Positions 40,206 to 54,025 of a DNA stretch of 64,000 nucleotides are shown here, piece by piece; the stretch's first letter is position 1, and the number at the start of each line of letters is the position of its first letter. Under the pieces are notes generated by a model that worked only from the letters and a program-made list of their open reading frames with translations, ran no database searches and was not told where the DNA came from. Source of the DNA: Blasia pusilla (taxonomy: Eukaryota); contig CM114271.1 in assembly GCA_050084515.1 (NCBI GenBank), forward strand, positions 23,622,001-23,686,000, in the 5' to 3' direction. Made by a program: the position numbers and the translations under genes.

Positions 40206-43200
40206 ATATATATTTTTTACTTAACAATATTTTTTAATGGGAAGTTCTTACTTGTCCAACCAGCTAATACCCATTTTTGGAATGGGGAATGAAAAGGTCT
40301 TAGCTGCCAATAATTCCCTCTCGGAAGTTTTCTAGAGTTAACTATTACTACAATGCTTGCCAATGTAGTAACCTTTCTTCTTCTAGAAATATTAGAAAGC
40401 TTCACTTCTTTGAATAAATTTGAACCTTCCATTTGAGGAAAGAGCTTTACTGCATAGATGGTAGTACTTCTGCAGAATCTGCACTCACTTTTAACGAAAG
40501 GCTTGAAGGTCTGGCCAGAGTATTCTGACACAGTAGCGTCAGTAAAGTGTGAGTCAGCCGTGATGCAGTGGTTTTCAGCTCGCCACGAATGCAGTTGAAG
40601 GGTCCAAGCATGGGTCGGGTTACACACAGTCAATCTCACCGAATCTAACGACGTTGGACTCAACACAAGCATTGTAGCCCTCACTCGCCACAGACATGGG
40701 CTGCTGCTGCAAGCCCAACTTTTCCGACTCGTTCCTCTGCTGCGAGCCTTTTACGCCCTTTCACATGAAGTTTTCGAGGGACTTTCCTGTCGCGCGACCA
40801 CTGGCTAGCTAGTCCTACTGTCCTCCTTCCTACATGCTCGCGTTTGCTTTGCTTACTGGGAGGGCACTTTGTGTGTACGGTGCGGTTCATTCCAGCGGAT
40901 CCACGACCAACAAAGTCCGCCTAAATATGGCCCACATCGTTCGCTGCAAGTTTCACTACTACCTGTGTTATAGCGTTTGCACCTAGACATCCTCTGTTTT
41001 CCGACCTGAAGTTGAGTCAGTTTAATCATGAGGTGGAGGTGAAGGTGAAGAAGAGATTTATTATTTATTATTTTCTTTTCTTTTTGCATCGCATTGCTCC
41101 TAAACTAACTCATTTTCAACAGTCGGACTAATAATCCATGGATGCGTAGGCGCAAGGGCTGGAACTCCACAAACCCGTAAACAACAGTTGTAATCTGCCC
41201 CTAGAACGGAAAGAATAGGTGGACTCATAGAAAGAATCAGTCACACGCAGAGAGTCCATCAGCTTCAACTAAGCAGGATTCTGCACGAAGTTTATATCCC
41301 CCAAGAATTCCCACGAAGGGTTGTCCCTTCCCTTCTAACGTCTCTAAAAACAGACGTTGTGCAGGAGGCAGACCCGAGTTAACTCTTGGTGCGTTGTACC
41401 TTTCATCGTTCGAGTTTGTTGTCGCCTTCGCAATTCCTCAACACCTGCTCCCGATCTCTCATGGTTTATGTGTAGGTAGCGGGCGGGGAGCGTCCTCCGT
41501 TTTCGAGCAGTGGATTATTCTACGCAGCTTCATCGTCACCGTCTCGGGAGGAACGAACATACACATTCGTTACATTTTCACTGCCAAGGAATTTCAGGTC
41601 ACATTTCATTGTCTCACAAGTCGTCAAGATATCATCCCATTCGTGTGGATCGTCCAATGGGGAAGTTGACATGGTGCCTGATCAACACAAGGAGGAAATC
41701 AATCATCTTGACGAAATGCAGGTTAAGCGCAAGATTGAAATGGTCTCCCTGTGTGTGTATTATTGAGAGTTGGTCTTTTACTAGTTGATGTATAATTTTG
41801 AATTATCAAGAAAAACACTTGAGTTTGAACCATTTTATTGATTTATTGAATATAGAGAGATTCTATTGACTAAAGAAGACATGTGTCAAAAAGAAATGAT
41901 CTCAAGAAGGAGAAATACTCTCTAATAATGATTGAAAATTCCTCTCCATTTGAAATGGCACTTGAGAATTAAACCGAGTTGGGGAGGTAGTATAAACCAC
42001 TTCGAATTCAGGGAGCTCGAAGAAGCACCAAATCTGAAATGCCCAATTAAAACGGGAGATGAGAGAGGAGGGCACCGTAACCTCCGATCTACACGGTTGC
42101 TAGAAAACCTAAGAGATTCCCACGTTGCTACCTTAGTAAAGTCAATGGAGCGATTCTCCTCACATACTTTTGTTAGGGTAAACATAAGGTTGCAATCATG
42201 CTCGAACAATCAATATGAAAAATGATAAAAGAAAATAGCTGTTAGCCCACATTCGGGAGCATACCAGGTCATAAGTCACCATTTGACTGCCTTATATTAC
42301 TATGTTGCAATGATAGGTTTCTTGTTTGTAATATGAGTATTTTATTTACACACTAGTACGATGATGTTCATAGCACTTTATTCATAGTGCAGGGGCCTAT
42401 ATTCTTTCGTTGTCAATATTCATCCCTCTCTCTATCAATATTCAATTCTTCTTTTGTCCACGTATTTTGTCCCTTTGTCACATGGGATAAGTAGAAACCC
42501 CAAAAGTGAAATCATTCTTGGTCAAGCGGTTAAATGAAGTACCTTGCACTATATTTAGAAAGTGTAAAAAGCTGTTATTTACAAATCGTTAAATAATCAG
42601 AAAATTATAAATGTGGAATATAATATAAGACTTGAACGGGTCGAATTTTATTAGTGATTTTCCTTTTCGCGTGGACAGTCTTATCTTTGATGGTCCATCG
42701 GGACGCACTCCGGTGATCGCCACGTCTAATGATTGTGTTGGTCACTCGGTGGCCGCGCATGAGAGTGCCGTGAAGTGAAGTGAGTCGGGGAGTCCATGTT
42801 CTTCACGGGAAGGGTCACGAACGAAGAGCTCCGAGTATGAATCGAAAAATCATGGACGGCGCGTTATGACGTTACTAACTGAAGCAAAGTAGGAAACGAG
42901 CTGGACTCGGCACAGTGTGCAGGTGCCGGGTGGACCATCATGGTTTTCATGCGTTTTGGGATCCACACAGTAGATCGCTTGGGTTTCATCGTGGTTAGCA
43001 TGCAGTTCCAGCTGCCGAGGGTAGTCGGAGGTCATTGATGATGGCCTTCAAGTTTAGCCCATAGTAATTAGCATGATTTTTTTCTATGGGAGTTATCATT
43101 ATCGAAGTCCTACCGTGTTGTGTGTGTGTGTGAGGTACTGTACGTCTCTTGTCAGAGTATGAAGGTGGCAGCCCAGAGCTGAGCTGAGCTGAGTCAGCTG

Positions 43201-44209
43201 ACATGACCGGACCTGCGACGACTGACAACTCACCCACTGAAATATCCGGTCAGCCGGTGTGTGTCCAAATAACGTAACTTGTTGATCGAAAGTACCGCAC
43301 TGCCCTTACTTTTAGGCGTGCAGCTCAAGTGCCAAGCCACGATCGCCGGTCCGCGAGAACGAGCGCTTGTCGCGCAGCTCCGGAGCAGGTTCGACGGCGC
43401 GAGAGGGGTGAATATGGGGCGTGAATATCCTGATATAAAGGGCGCGGAACTCGAGGATGCACTTTACCCTCGGTAGGAAGCAGTTACTGCGAGGAGGAGG
43501 AGTGCGAGCATTAGTACAGCGGGGTACAGTATGGTATGCGGCCAATACGATGCCGGGAATGTAAGGCTTTGCAAGTTTGCAGGGGCCCAATTGGATCGGG
43601 CAGCTTTCCTCGGCAGTAGAAATACCAGCGAATAATTGCTTTTCGGAAACATTCACGGACCCTTCAGCCTTCCCGTCAACCTGTCAAAGCTTCTCATATG
43701 ATCGACGCTTTTTTTTTCATTTCTGCGCTGACAGTTTCGGAATTTGGAATATCGTTTACATTGTGTGGGTTGTCTACAGTGGTTTCGGTTCCCCATCCCG
43801 GGGTAACCCGCACTGGACCCGAGGTGTGGTGAGGTCAGGAGCGGTCAATTCCGGCTCGCCATCGCGGATACAGCAGCCTCGGAAATGGGAGCGATTGTCA
43901 GCGGATGTCCATCACTAGTCGGAATTAACTGCCCGTCTAAGGGATCGCTTTCGCTATAGTAGCGTCGCCATGATTAGTTACGGCGACACTGAGAACCGCC
44001 GAGTGGACGCGCTCCCCGGTCACTGCGACAAGCTGATTCGTGGTGAAGTTTTGCTGCCCTCGGGAGACAGACGAACACCGACGAGGGTTTCGAGACCGTC
44101 TCCTCCTCTGCGATCACTCCGGCCGCACTCGTTGGTTCCGCCCGTATGAATTTTGAAACGTCTCTGTGGAACTCGTCGGCATCGTCGGAGTCTGGAGCAG
44201 GTAGGGATA

Positions 44210-44297
44210 ACTCGGTTTCGTCCATTGAGATGACTCGGTTTCGTTCATAGAGATGACTCGCGGTTTCGTTCATAGAGATGACTCGGTTTCATTCATG
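44210..44297. repeat. Short tandem repeat, ~23-bp unit (gactcggtttcgttcatagagat), about 3.5 copies
   Basis: Directly visible head-to-tail units with no spacers. Confidence 0.8.
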
Positions 44298-47200
44298 CTT
44301 GCGACGCGTCCGATCCGGGTCGATTGGCTAGTTGGCATGAGATTCACGAAAACATCTTTTCTTCTTCCGACGATGTTACCATTCTCGTTCCGATAGTTCA
44401 TGGATTCGTCATCTTGGGTATCTCATGTTTTTAGATAGGTTGACGCGTCCTTCCCTCATCTATACTCAATCCCCAATATATCCCGCTCCACGAGCAGTAA
44501 AGCGTTTAGGCGCTCCTGCCAAGCCCATTTGACTCATTCACGAGTCACGACGGGTAGGCGCCCCTGATTGGTTCCGCGGATCGTCCGGCACATCCTTGTT
44601 CTCCCGGGGCTTTGGGCACCATTCCGCACTTCCATCTTGGGTGCCATATCTCCCGCTCCTCCGCTTTTGCTTGTTCATGCGTTTGTTGCATCCGACGATA
44701 CGACAGAAGTTTAATATATCAATTCTTCCTATCCGTTCCCGCCGATGTGGCGATGGCGTCCCTAGCTCGCACCTCGACATTCGCAGCTTTTGCGGACGCG
44801 GCCACGGCATCTGTGGCCTCAACGAACGGCAGCAGCAGTGTTGCAAGGAGCTTGTCCGTAGTTACCCTGAGATCATCGTCTCTGCACCGGCAAACGTCGC
44901 AAATGGTGCGCTCCTGCATCCGTCAGAATGGCGGCTGGTTTCACACTCTCACCCTTCTGGAGATCGATGGTCGACAGCCCATCGCCAGTTTTCAGGGAAA
45001 GAACTAGTGGTTCTCTCCTTCATGCACAGATCGGGGAATTCCTTGTGATAGCGAGAGAATCTTCCCAAGGGGCATCTTCGAGATGCTAACCAGAGGGCTC
45101 TGCCTAAACACCTAATTGTTTATGAAGTCCCCGGCCCATACTAGCTCGTCCTGACGTCTGGTCCCAGCTGCTCGAGCTGGTCAGGAAAGAGCAATGTTTG
45201 GGTGAATGCTTTGAGGAGCAAGTACAAGTTCCACACACCGTCTTCCCGACGGCTGGCAGAGGTGTTGTTGCACTGAGCTCTCGCTCTGGTGGAAAGAACG
45301 CCAACCGCGGTCACCTGAAAGGCCGCTTCTGAGGCGTACAGCACTGTGAGTGTCCCGTGATTCGATTGAGATTATACTTGGTTAAGTAATTAGTGTCTTC
45401 CTTTCTCTGAAGTCGAACTGTATCCGTATTATGAAACACACATCAGTTCTCGAGTGTGGTAGCACCCTTTCGCTGTATCTTCTCATCGTGCGTCATTTAT
45501 CGTCCTCGACGTCGCTGTCGGTTTAGTTCTTCCGAGATGGCACCAGCGCGTGGAATCTCTGTAATACCCTCTTCAAAGATGGGAAGAACAGGATCGATTA
45601 GTCTTCCGGACTCACTCACGAACTGCGACAGCTCTTTTCATAAATTTCACGCAGGATCGTGGGAGATCGGTTCTTTGGAGGATCTCAGAGCCGTCACGTT
45701 CTACATGTTCTCTCCGGGAATTTCCGGTGCCATCCGAAACACAGAGCGGAGGGAAGAACAGCTTTACATCCTTGAGTCCTCGATTGGCTGCCTCATCTTG
45801 CAGTTAGCGGGAAGTGTCGAATTCCTGTCGAGGCCTTTAGACTTCACACGTCATCGGCAACGAGACCATGCGGCCAGTACAGAGACAGTTAACAGGAGGG
45901 AAATCCTGGATCAGGAAATTGTCTGGCAATAAAATTTCCAACACCGAATTGTTTAAGACCTGGCTGAGATCAGATGGACATCATCTTTCGTTTTGAAATC
46001 ATATTAATATTAGAGATGGAAACATACACGATTGTTCATTCATGGTTTGTCCCTACATATCTAATCTAATATGGAGACGATTGAAAGGGACAGGTCTAAG
46101 ACGGAGACAGGCTGAAACAAGGGGTGTATTATGATGACAGAGAAAGAAAAAGATGGTCAAAGATGGGGACATACTCAATAAAGAGGATTGAAAATTATGA
46201 TTGCATGACGGAAGCTTTCAAAATGGGGACAAATGGAACACGATCGAATCGAACCAGGACGGACGAAACACGGGCACCCCTCTAGTGTCTCGTGTATAGA
46301 TCCGCCACTTAGAAGAAGATGAGCAAGCTCCCGTCATCACGAAGAGTTTGGTGTGGACTGGATAAAATACGGCCAAGGTTTAGCGAATACTGTCAACATG
46401 CAGATTGTTCACCACAGGGCGAATCGGGAGGGATCACCACTGTCAATGCTTGTACGCCAGTGTGTGTACCTCCTGACCCCGGCAAACGGAGACGAGGCTA
46501 ATGCCGGGTGGCAAGCTATTAGAACGTGCTAGTAAGCAGTCATTCTGGTCTCTAATGGACTGGCGAATGATTCTTCCTACTCACTTTTGAAACTCCAAGA
46601 ATTATTTTTTCATATTCCAGCCTTCCATTCCACCTACTACGACGCCTCCTCCCGGCCGTCATTGAGCGGTTTAGGAACGGTACGTTTAAAACACCGTTTT
46701 GATTTGACGGAGGTGCCGTGATCCTCCGATAGGGAACGGTTTCTAAATAATAATTCAATACGGTTGTATATCCCGTGGGATTGAAACGGTGTATCAAAAT
46801 AATAATGGGATGCCGTTTGTTGTCAGTTTGTACGCTTTTACGATTCGTGGAAAATAACTTTAGGTTGAGAATTCTAGTACGTGGTCATTGTTAATCTGTA
46901 GGTAATTCTTCTTTTTTTTAGCGAAATGTACTGGAATTCCCTTACCATCGAGTGCATACTTTCGGCAAATTATGCTTATTTCTTCACCATCAAGTATCGA
47001 CCTCTGAAGTCTGCTACTAGCTTATTCCCCCTCTTTTGTACTTCCGATGGGTTTCCCATCACACGTTTTTATCGAAGTGCATCATTATTCTCCCTATTAG
47101 CTTACATTTGGTAGGTTTTCCTCCATGTCCATTGGTCCTCAGTCACACGACCTTTCTGGCCGGTAAGATTCTGCATCGCATTTGAAGCACGCTCGCTCTC

Positions 47201-49224
47201 GACTTGACTCTGTTTCCGAGCGTAGAGCTCTGTTTATCTCCGAACTGAGGCCAAGGTCGCGCTGTTTGCGTAGCGCTCTGTTTATCTACGATCTGAGGCC
47301 GTTGTCATAGCCGCGTTTCTACCCCGAGGTCGAGTTAGTTTGACCAGGCCTTCCGGATGGATAACAGAAAAATTTGTTTATGCTACAGGGCACTCTAGAG
47401 CAATTGACTGCAGGTCCACGGAACCGAAATTCGAACTTGGCGGTCGGATTTGTTTTAAGTCGTTCTTCCTCTCCAACTCATCCTGAAATGCTGCTTCTTT
47501 ATCTCCGGTTGAGGATCCGCCAGGCAAATCTAGAGCCTGCTTCGGATTCCGTCTTTTCCGAGATTGGGAGAGGGGAACGGGTACGAGATCACGTGGCTTC
47601 TCAAATTCTTCACGTCTTGCGTGTTAGATGCTGCTTCTACTGGACTGCAATGTGATGTTGCCATCCTCAGCGGTTGCGAGGTGAGTCTTGTTTCGTCCAA
47701 GGCTGCGCAGACACTGGGACACACACGCCTTATAGCCAGATGCCACAACGATGGATTGCAGGGGGTCCAACAAATGTAAGGCATAAGCCGAAGTGCCAGA
47801 GAATTGGAGGTTTGTTGAAAGTAATGACTTCCCCAGAGTGAATTTTGGAAGACGGAGTTTGAGTCTCTTGTGCAATTCCTTAATCGGAAAATGAAACTTC
47901 TGGGAAATGCGAACACGAGATCTCATCAGATAAGGAAGTCCGACACGAGCAGGTCTGATTTCAAATGATGCGAGTCGGTAGACACACCATTTGAAATCAG
48001 ACTCCTTTAAGTGAGGAAATAGTCCTTGACCAGCTCAAGGATGCTGGAATCTTTTTTGATATACATATGAAACCTGACTTTTTGGGAGAAATTCATGTAG
48101 TCCCACGAATATTGCACATTAACTGGCGACAGACCTTTAAAACTATGGACGAGTGCACACGTCGTGTGCAACAACGATCCCCATAGGACCTGAACAGAAT
48201 GAGCATGAGAAATCCTTAGAAGAAACAGTAACCAGAGCAATGCCAAAACTGCGACAGCAAAACGTGATAGAGGGAGCAAAACGAAACTTCAGATCCTTAA
48301 TCACCGAATGTATATAATGGGCCAGCAGGGCTCCCGAAATACTTGGGATGGATTCCCTCAACGGGTCCCGAGTTCGAGTATCAAATACATGGCAGTGATA
48401 CTTTCCTTCAACCACAAAAGGAGCATGATGGGAACTCAATCGACGTCCTCTACAGTGTTGTGATGCGGATTAAACTTCAGTCACTACCTGGTCCCTTGTG
48501 CACAGAGAAACAGCCTGCTCTGAGATTATGAAGTTGGTAATACCGGAGCTCTTTGTGGACTTCCAGAGACTGGTTTGATTTACTTCCCAAAGCTGCTGCA
48601 CTGTTGGGTGTTTTTGGGGTTCAAAACTCAAGGTGAGATAGATAGTGTTGTGAAAAGTTTCTTAGCTTCACACCTGGAACTCCCCATCAGTACTTTGATT
48701 GATTAGCGCTTCCTCCTATCATATGGTAATTTCTTCACTCATGACTCCTGCACTCATCCCAGTCACTGGCACTGTCCGCCGGGTGCAGGGCTAAGATCGC
48801 AAGGGTATGACAAGCACGCCCAAATCAATACCATCTCTCTCCACTATGAACCTTGGACTTTTACCACATCTGGAAGGGGGCTGGTAAATCATAGATAGAA
48901 GTACGGGCAACTAAAATCAGAGCACAATTCTCCCCTCCCGTTGACGGGGAGGTCATGATCATTAGAACTGATAAGTTCTTCATCGGTTGGAAAACGTGCT
49001 AATAGAGCCGGCATTGAAGTTTAGGCTGAAGGACAAGGGAGGACACAATCCAAAGCAAACCGGAAACAGACTGAGGGGGTGTGAAGCTTAGCTGACGGAC
49101 GAGGTGGTAGAAGTTACTCAATCCACGAGGGATTAGTAAAGTGAGCAGAGTTTATGCCTGATTTTGAACTCTGCTGGCACCCTCGTCTGTGGTTCGAAAA
49201 ATCAAAAGATAAATTACGTTTTGA

Positions 49225-50774
49225 TCATCTCGTCCAAGATGCCAATGTCTTGGGTTCCCAAAGATGGAGAGCCTTGTCATAAAAAGAGCACGTTGCAACC
49301 AGGGTTCTTAAGCCTTGGCAATCAGTCACGCTTCTTGATGCTTGCGGTTCAAGCGATTCGTTGACTACCCCCTGCAGCCCAACTCCTGCACTTTCTTCCT
49401 CTGTTTCCTCCCATCGACATCCCTTGGATGTGGGCACAACCTGTGTAACATCTCCTCCTTCATCTGAGGTCACAGATCCCTGTTTACTTCGAAGGTAGTT
49501 CCGTTTAATTCCATCACCTGCAATATCCAGCCCTTCAAATCCGCTGAGCAATGCAGTAGAGTCTTTTCTGGTAGACAAAGAATGTTCCAAGTCACCCCGG
49601 TACCAACTCGCTCCATATGCCAAAGACTGATGCTCCTTGTAGTCTTCGAGTATCTGAATTTCCTCCTCCCCAACACGCGCTATTGCGAAGCCACTATGCA
49701 TGCAGGCGGCCAGAATTAACCTCTTATCTAGGTGATGCCACTTCAGTCTCCAGACCCCTCCACCCAGTCCCAACTGGAATTTCTTTAAAGGGCGCTGCAT
49801 CATTCTTAAGTCCCATAATCGCACGTTCTCATCGTAACTACCGGTCATGAGGATGTTCTCCCACAAGGGATTGCTCTGAATGCTGCACACACCCATCTGA
49901 TGGGTCTTCTTGTCGAGGAATACTGGACGATGAGGTTCTTCTCTCAAGTCCCAGCAGGAGAATCTCGAATCGTCACCTCCGCTGTAAACGATTTGAGGTT
50001 TCCAAGTGTCGTACGAAACAGTCCAGGCCTCAAACTCGTGCGCATTCCATGTGGCAGTTATCTCTAGCTCCGACTGTCCCAAGTCCACAACGGACAGCGA
50101 TCCATCGGAATGGCTCACAGCAACCTGACGCTCGGAAGCTATCGGATCCCACTCCACAAACAGGCACATGGAAGACGAGACGTCCACCCGGGCGGTCTCA
50201 TGAAGCTCCAGCTCTGAACCCTCGGTACCTGTCCCAGCCGAGCAGCTCGGCAAACTTTACTCGCACTGTCGACAATGGCCGACCGACACCGGCATCGAGG
50301 TGCATCGAAGCACAATGCACAAAAACCATCACGCAAAAAAACGACTAGATGGAAAACCTGACGAGATTGCAATGCACCAGCCCAACTTCCGCAGCAGGTT
50401 TCGACAACAATCTCACCTGATGAGCCGTCTGCACTCCCTCCCTCCCGCAACGTGTGCAAGCGTAAGCTACCATCAGCACTGGCCTGAGCTAAACGAGGGG
50501 CGACCCTCCCGCCCGCCATCCCCGGCTCCCATTTTATATCAAAAACCCCTGAAGTCTCCTGCTGATACAGCTGCGTCAAATGAAGGCTGCTTGAACCCCC
50601 AGCGGAACCCCGGTTCTCAGCTGAGAAGAGGTACAAACCCCCCACACGAACCGGCGTGCCATGGTTCCCCGTCTCTTGCAAAGTGTACGAGGCAGCAGCT
50701 AGGACGTGCAGATAGGGCTCGTGAGGGCAGAATTCTGCTGCATCTGCATTCCCTGACAATTTCACCCTCGCCAT
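49225..50774 (-). CDS. DPH7: Diphthine methylesterase homologue (WD40 protein DPH7/WDR85/RRT2), 2 exons, about 453 aa
   Basis: Exon 1 is 50774-50417 (MARVKLSGNADAAEFCP...ASYTLQE...GVFDIKW). GT donor at 50416; phase-compatible AG acceptor at 50229, with an alternative 15 nt downstream. Exon 2 has AHEFEAW, SGGDD, HQMGVCSI, TGSYDE, GGGVWRLKW, AACMHSGF, HQSLAYGASW and ATCSFYD, all characteristic of DPH7. Confidence 0.9.
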
Positions 50775-53299
50775 TCCGAAATGACTACCGCGGAATCCCT
50801 CTGAATACACCAACCACAATCAGCAAGATTGCATCATCGAGCCACGACTCGAACCAAGATATGTCATCGATGGCAGGCAATTTGCCCTTCACTGCAGCTA
50901 TTCCACATCTAAGACCAGGATCGCAGATCTCCGGAGATAGAATATGTTGTGGTCGGCACACGAATCCATTTCGTCATATGGGCCAACTTCTCCAATAAAC
51001 CTGCCGCACATTCCACGCTTTGCACCGTTCATGATTCGAAAACTACCACTACTTACATAACGTAATCATTGTGAATTCACTATGGCTCGGTGAATGTACC
51101 CGAGTTCGATGGGAGGGTTTGAATTAAGTAGCAATAACAAATACAAAATTCTCTTCTAAAATCGCCTAAATCATTCCGTGTCTCCGTCAACTTTGGGCCC
51201 TCAAAGTAAACCTCTTACGCTCGTATGTAGGGAAGCATTGATCCTAGCCAGCAGGTAGAACTATCGCCGTCGCTGAGCTGGAAAAACTCCCTGAGCTCGT
51301 CGGGAATTCCTGCCCTTCAGCTCGTTCGCCCAACCAGTTCAAGGACCGCAAGCTATCCCGACTCCCACAACCTCAAAAAAAAAATCTCACCCCTCCATGA
51401 TTGATGACGGGAGCAAACGTTGGCAAGTGAATCTCGCATAGAGGACAGACCGTGTTAGCGAATTGTCATGTTCTTTGCTACGACGAGGGTCACCTCAGAT
51501 CACACGTTCCCAATGTGCATGCACGCCTTTAAACAAACCTGCTGACATGAAAGACCGGGCTGCCAAGAGTCGCCCCTCACTTGAAATACAGGCCTACCCT
51601 ACTCCACGTTTCTCGTATTCGTCAATTCAATTAGATAGAAGAAACACGGAACACACCAAACAGTGCCTCCACGAAGTCCCAGAAACAGCTGTTCCCAAAA
51701 GTCGCTGCACGCCCAGGCAAGGAACTGGAATCAGGCTGGACTGACACTACGACGAGGGACATAAGATTCAATGTTTGATACTGCCAGCTATAGCCACGAG
51801 CAAGCAAACAGGAAAGTATCAGATTCTGTGAAACTTTGAAATAATTCTCGGGAGGCGAAGCCGAACACTACGTCATTCCAAATCCTTACCCAATCAATCA
51901 CCTTCTGCGACAGAGCAAGAGCTAAGCACACTTCCGCTACTCACCCACATCACATCAATCACTCCCACTTTCCAAAATTTCAACCCAGCAGACCCTGACG
52001 ACCGCACGACATATGGCACTCGATAGACACCCGAGCTTAGCAATCAATTCAACTGACGACATGACCTATCCACGCCGCGTCATGCGCGGCGTCGTTACCT
52101 TGTGCAGATGTAAGTTTTTGCCAAATTTCGACGATCACCGGCTCTTCCGCGTCTCCTCCCTTCTTCAACAATACAGCGTCCAAGCATGTGCTCCCCAGAC
52201 AAGCCTCACGCTGCGAGATCGCACGGGATCCCCACCCTGATACGTCCAGAGTCGTAAGGCCTTCTGGAGTTGTGCACGAATAAGTACATCATTCATTGGA
52301 TTAATCTTCCCCCATCACTCGAATCGCGCAGGCTCCTCAGGCTGCACTGCACTGCATTACGCCCACCTGATTATTAGTTTTGGAAACAAGAGGGCACTTG
52401 GACGACCAGCTTTGGTAGAATGGAAAGTGCTACATACTACTGAACTCCTGCTTGTGAGTGTAAGACCCTAACCTCTTCAAAGGAAAAAGAGCGACCAGTG
52501 CAGATTCCCATAACTGCACAAGAATCATGCCAAAAGAAACTTTCTGCCCATTCTAACAAAATCCCCCTTCCAACAAAACAAACATTTTCTTGTTGCCTTG
52601 TTTGTTTCTTATAGAATTCATGTAATTATATAAAAACAAACTTCAAAAGAGGATAGTGAGAGAAATGGCAAAAAGGAATGTTGCTCAAGGTATAGAGTTG
52701 TTTGCAAATCAGGCACTATGATCCTCTAATGGTATAAATTTTTCACATCATGTTATAACTTGTAACAATAGTGACTAGAGAGTGCAAGAGGATAGGGTTG
52801 GTTAATTGAACCCCATTCTTCATGGCAACATATTCACATGACCTTTTATGAAATAAAATCATCTACAAGAACATAGAATTGTAATATGAATCATTCCACC
52901 ATTTTATGCATCACAAATCAAAACCCTACACCCACACAATATACACTAGTAATTAAGTCTTTGCACTCTATCACAAGGATAGAAATGAAAAATGACAATA
53001 AAAAACCTATATATTTTGGAATTCCCAAGGAAAAAAAGAAGAAGTTATGGTTAATTATTTGTGATTTTTTTTTCCATAGAAATGGGATTTGAAAACTTTC
53101 CTGGTTGGATGTTTTTAGACGAATAGTTTCCGCGATGGAAATTGGACTTGATAATGTTTTCGGTTGGATGTTTCTAACGAGTACAACTTTTGAAGAGTTA
53201 CCATATGAAACCTTTGGATACATTTTGCATTATCAAAAATATTTGGATATATATATATATGTTTCCCCTTCTTGATTTGGGAAAAGGGAAATCTCACTT

Positions 53300-53496
53300 G
53301 TCTTAATAAAGTCCGTGTCCGCAGACTTATGCTTGTCCCTAAGACGGACATGTCCATGCGGGCTTGGATACCCAGGTACCCACGCCCACACCTAAGTCTG
53401 CCTCCGGAGTCCACCAAGCCCGTAGCGGGCATCCGGGCAGGTCGAGCCCGCATTGGTTTTGTGGCCCGCGGGGTGGGCTCAGGCTCGCCCAGCGGG
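53300..53496. repeat. Left arm of a GC-rich foldback/MITE-like host repeat interrupted by copy 2
   Basis: gagcccgcattggttttgtggcc (53444-53466) is an imperfect inverted repeat of gaccacaaaaccattgtgggctc (63816-63838), on the far side of the insertion. Confidence 0.55.
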
Positions 53497-53805
53497 TGTC
53501 ACGTCTTTTAGGATAGATCGGTGGGATCTAATAGAGCGCCTTCATGAGTAGTGGAGGACACGCCCAGTAGGTTGAGGGTGACCTGCTGAGGCCCTTGGAA
53601 ACTTGAGATAGCAGGTTTCCCCTTCGTTTCGGCTCATTTGGAGCCATATTGAGGAACTTACTATTTTAGGTAAGTACCATTTTTAGTATATGATCGACTT
53701 ACTATTTTTGGTAAGTGACCCTTGACCTCCTACATCAGGTCAAGAGCCAAGGAGGTGACTTGGGAGAATAGGTTACCATGGAGAGAGCTTGGGAGAGGAG
53801 AGGGG

Positions 53806-53849
53806 TATACCTCAAGGAGAGAGAGCTTGAGAGCTCATTCTCTCTTTGT
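53806..53849 (+). promoter_or_regulatory. Putative Pol II core promoter in repeat A (TATA-like element plus initiator-like TCATT)
   Basis: TATAC (TATAAC in A2) at 53806, and CTCATTC about 30 nt downstream (53834). The same segment is complementary to the PBS-position sequence. Confidence 0.45.
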
Positions 53850-54009
53850 TGAACCTCTTGGCATGAGGCGGCGGAACTATGGTACCTTGCCTTGTGAGTG
53901 TAACCCAAGCCTCTCATTAGGAGAGTGGGTTTGGTTTGACATGAGAGAGAGTGCACACCTTTGAGAGCTATGGTGTGAGATGGTGGAGAGAGAGATTGGA
54001 TCTTACTTT

Positions 54010-54025
54010 ACAAAGAGAGAATGAG
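54010..54025 (+). promoter_or_regulatory. Putative self-priming primer-binding site
   Basis: ACAAAGAGAGAATGAG begins at the last base of A1 and is the exact reverse complement of 53834-53849. There is no tRNA-type TGG PBS. The same sequence occurs in copy 1 (21323-21338) and copy 3 (37164-37179). Confidence 0.6.

Noticed and set aside
44210-44297. CRISPR-like array
   Set aside because: Head-to-tail units without unique spacers, no cas genes, and a eukaryotic context. The 48-bp-period duplication at ~47221-47300 is likewise a simple tandem duplication.
40200-49200. Possible genes in the moderately GC-rich region downstream of DPH7 (e.g. ORFs 43974..44273, 45456..45932, and coding-like minus-strand sequence at ~41.4-41.7 kb)
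   Set aside because: No motif I can identify, and the 41.4-41.7 kb stretch has in-frame stops. Cannot be supported without a homology search.
50300-50998. 232-aa plus-strand ORF
   Set aside because: Antisense shadow of DPH7 exon 1 and its intron, with no domain features.
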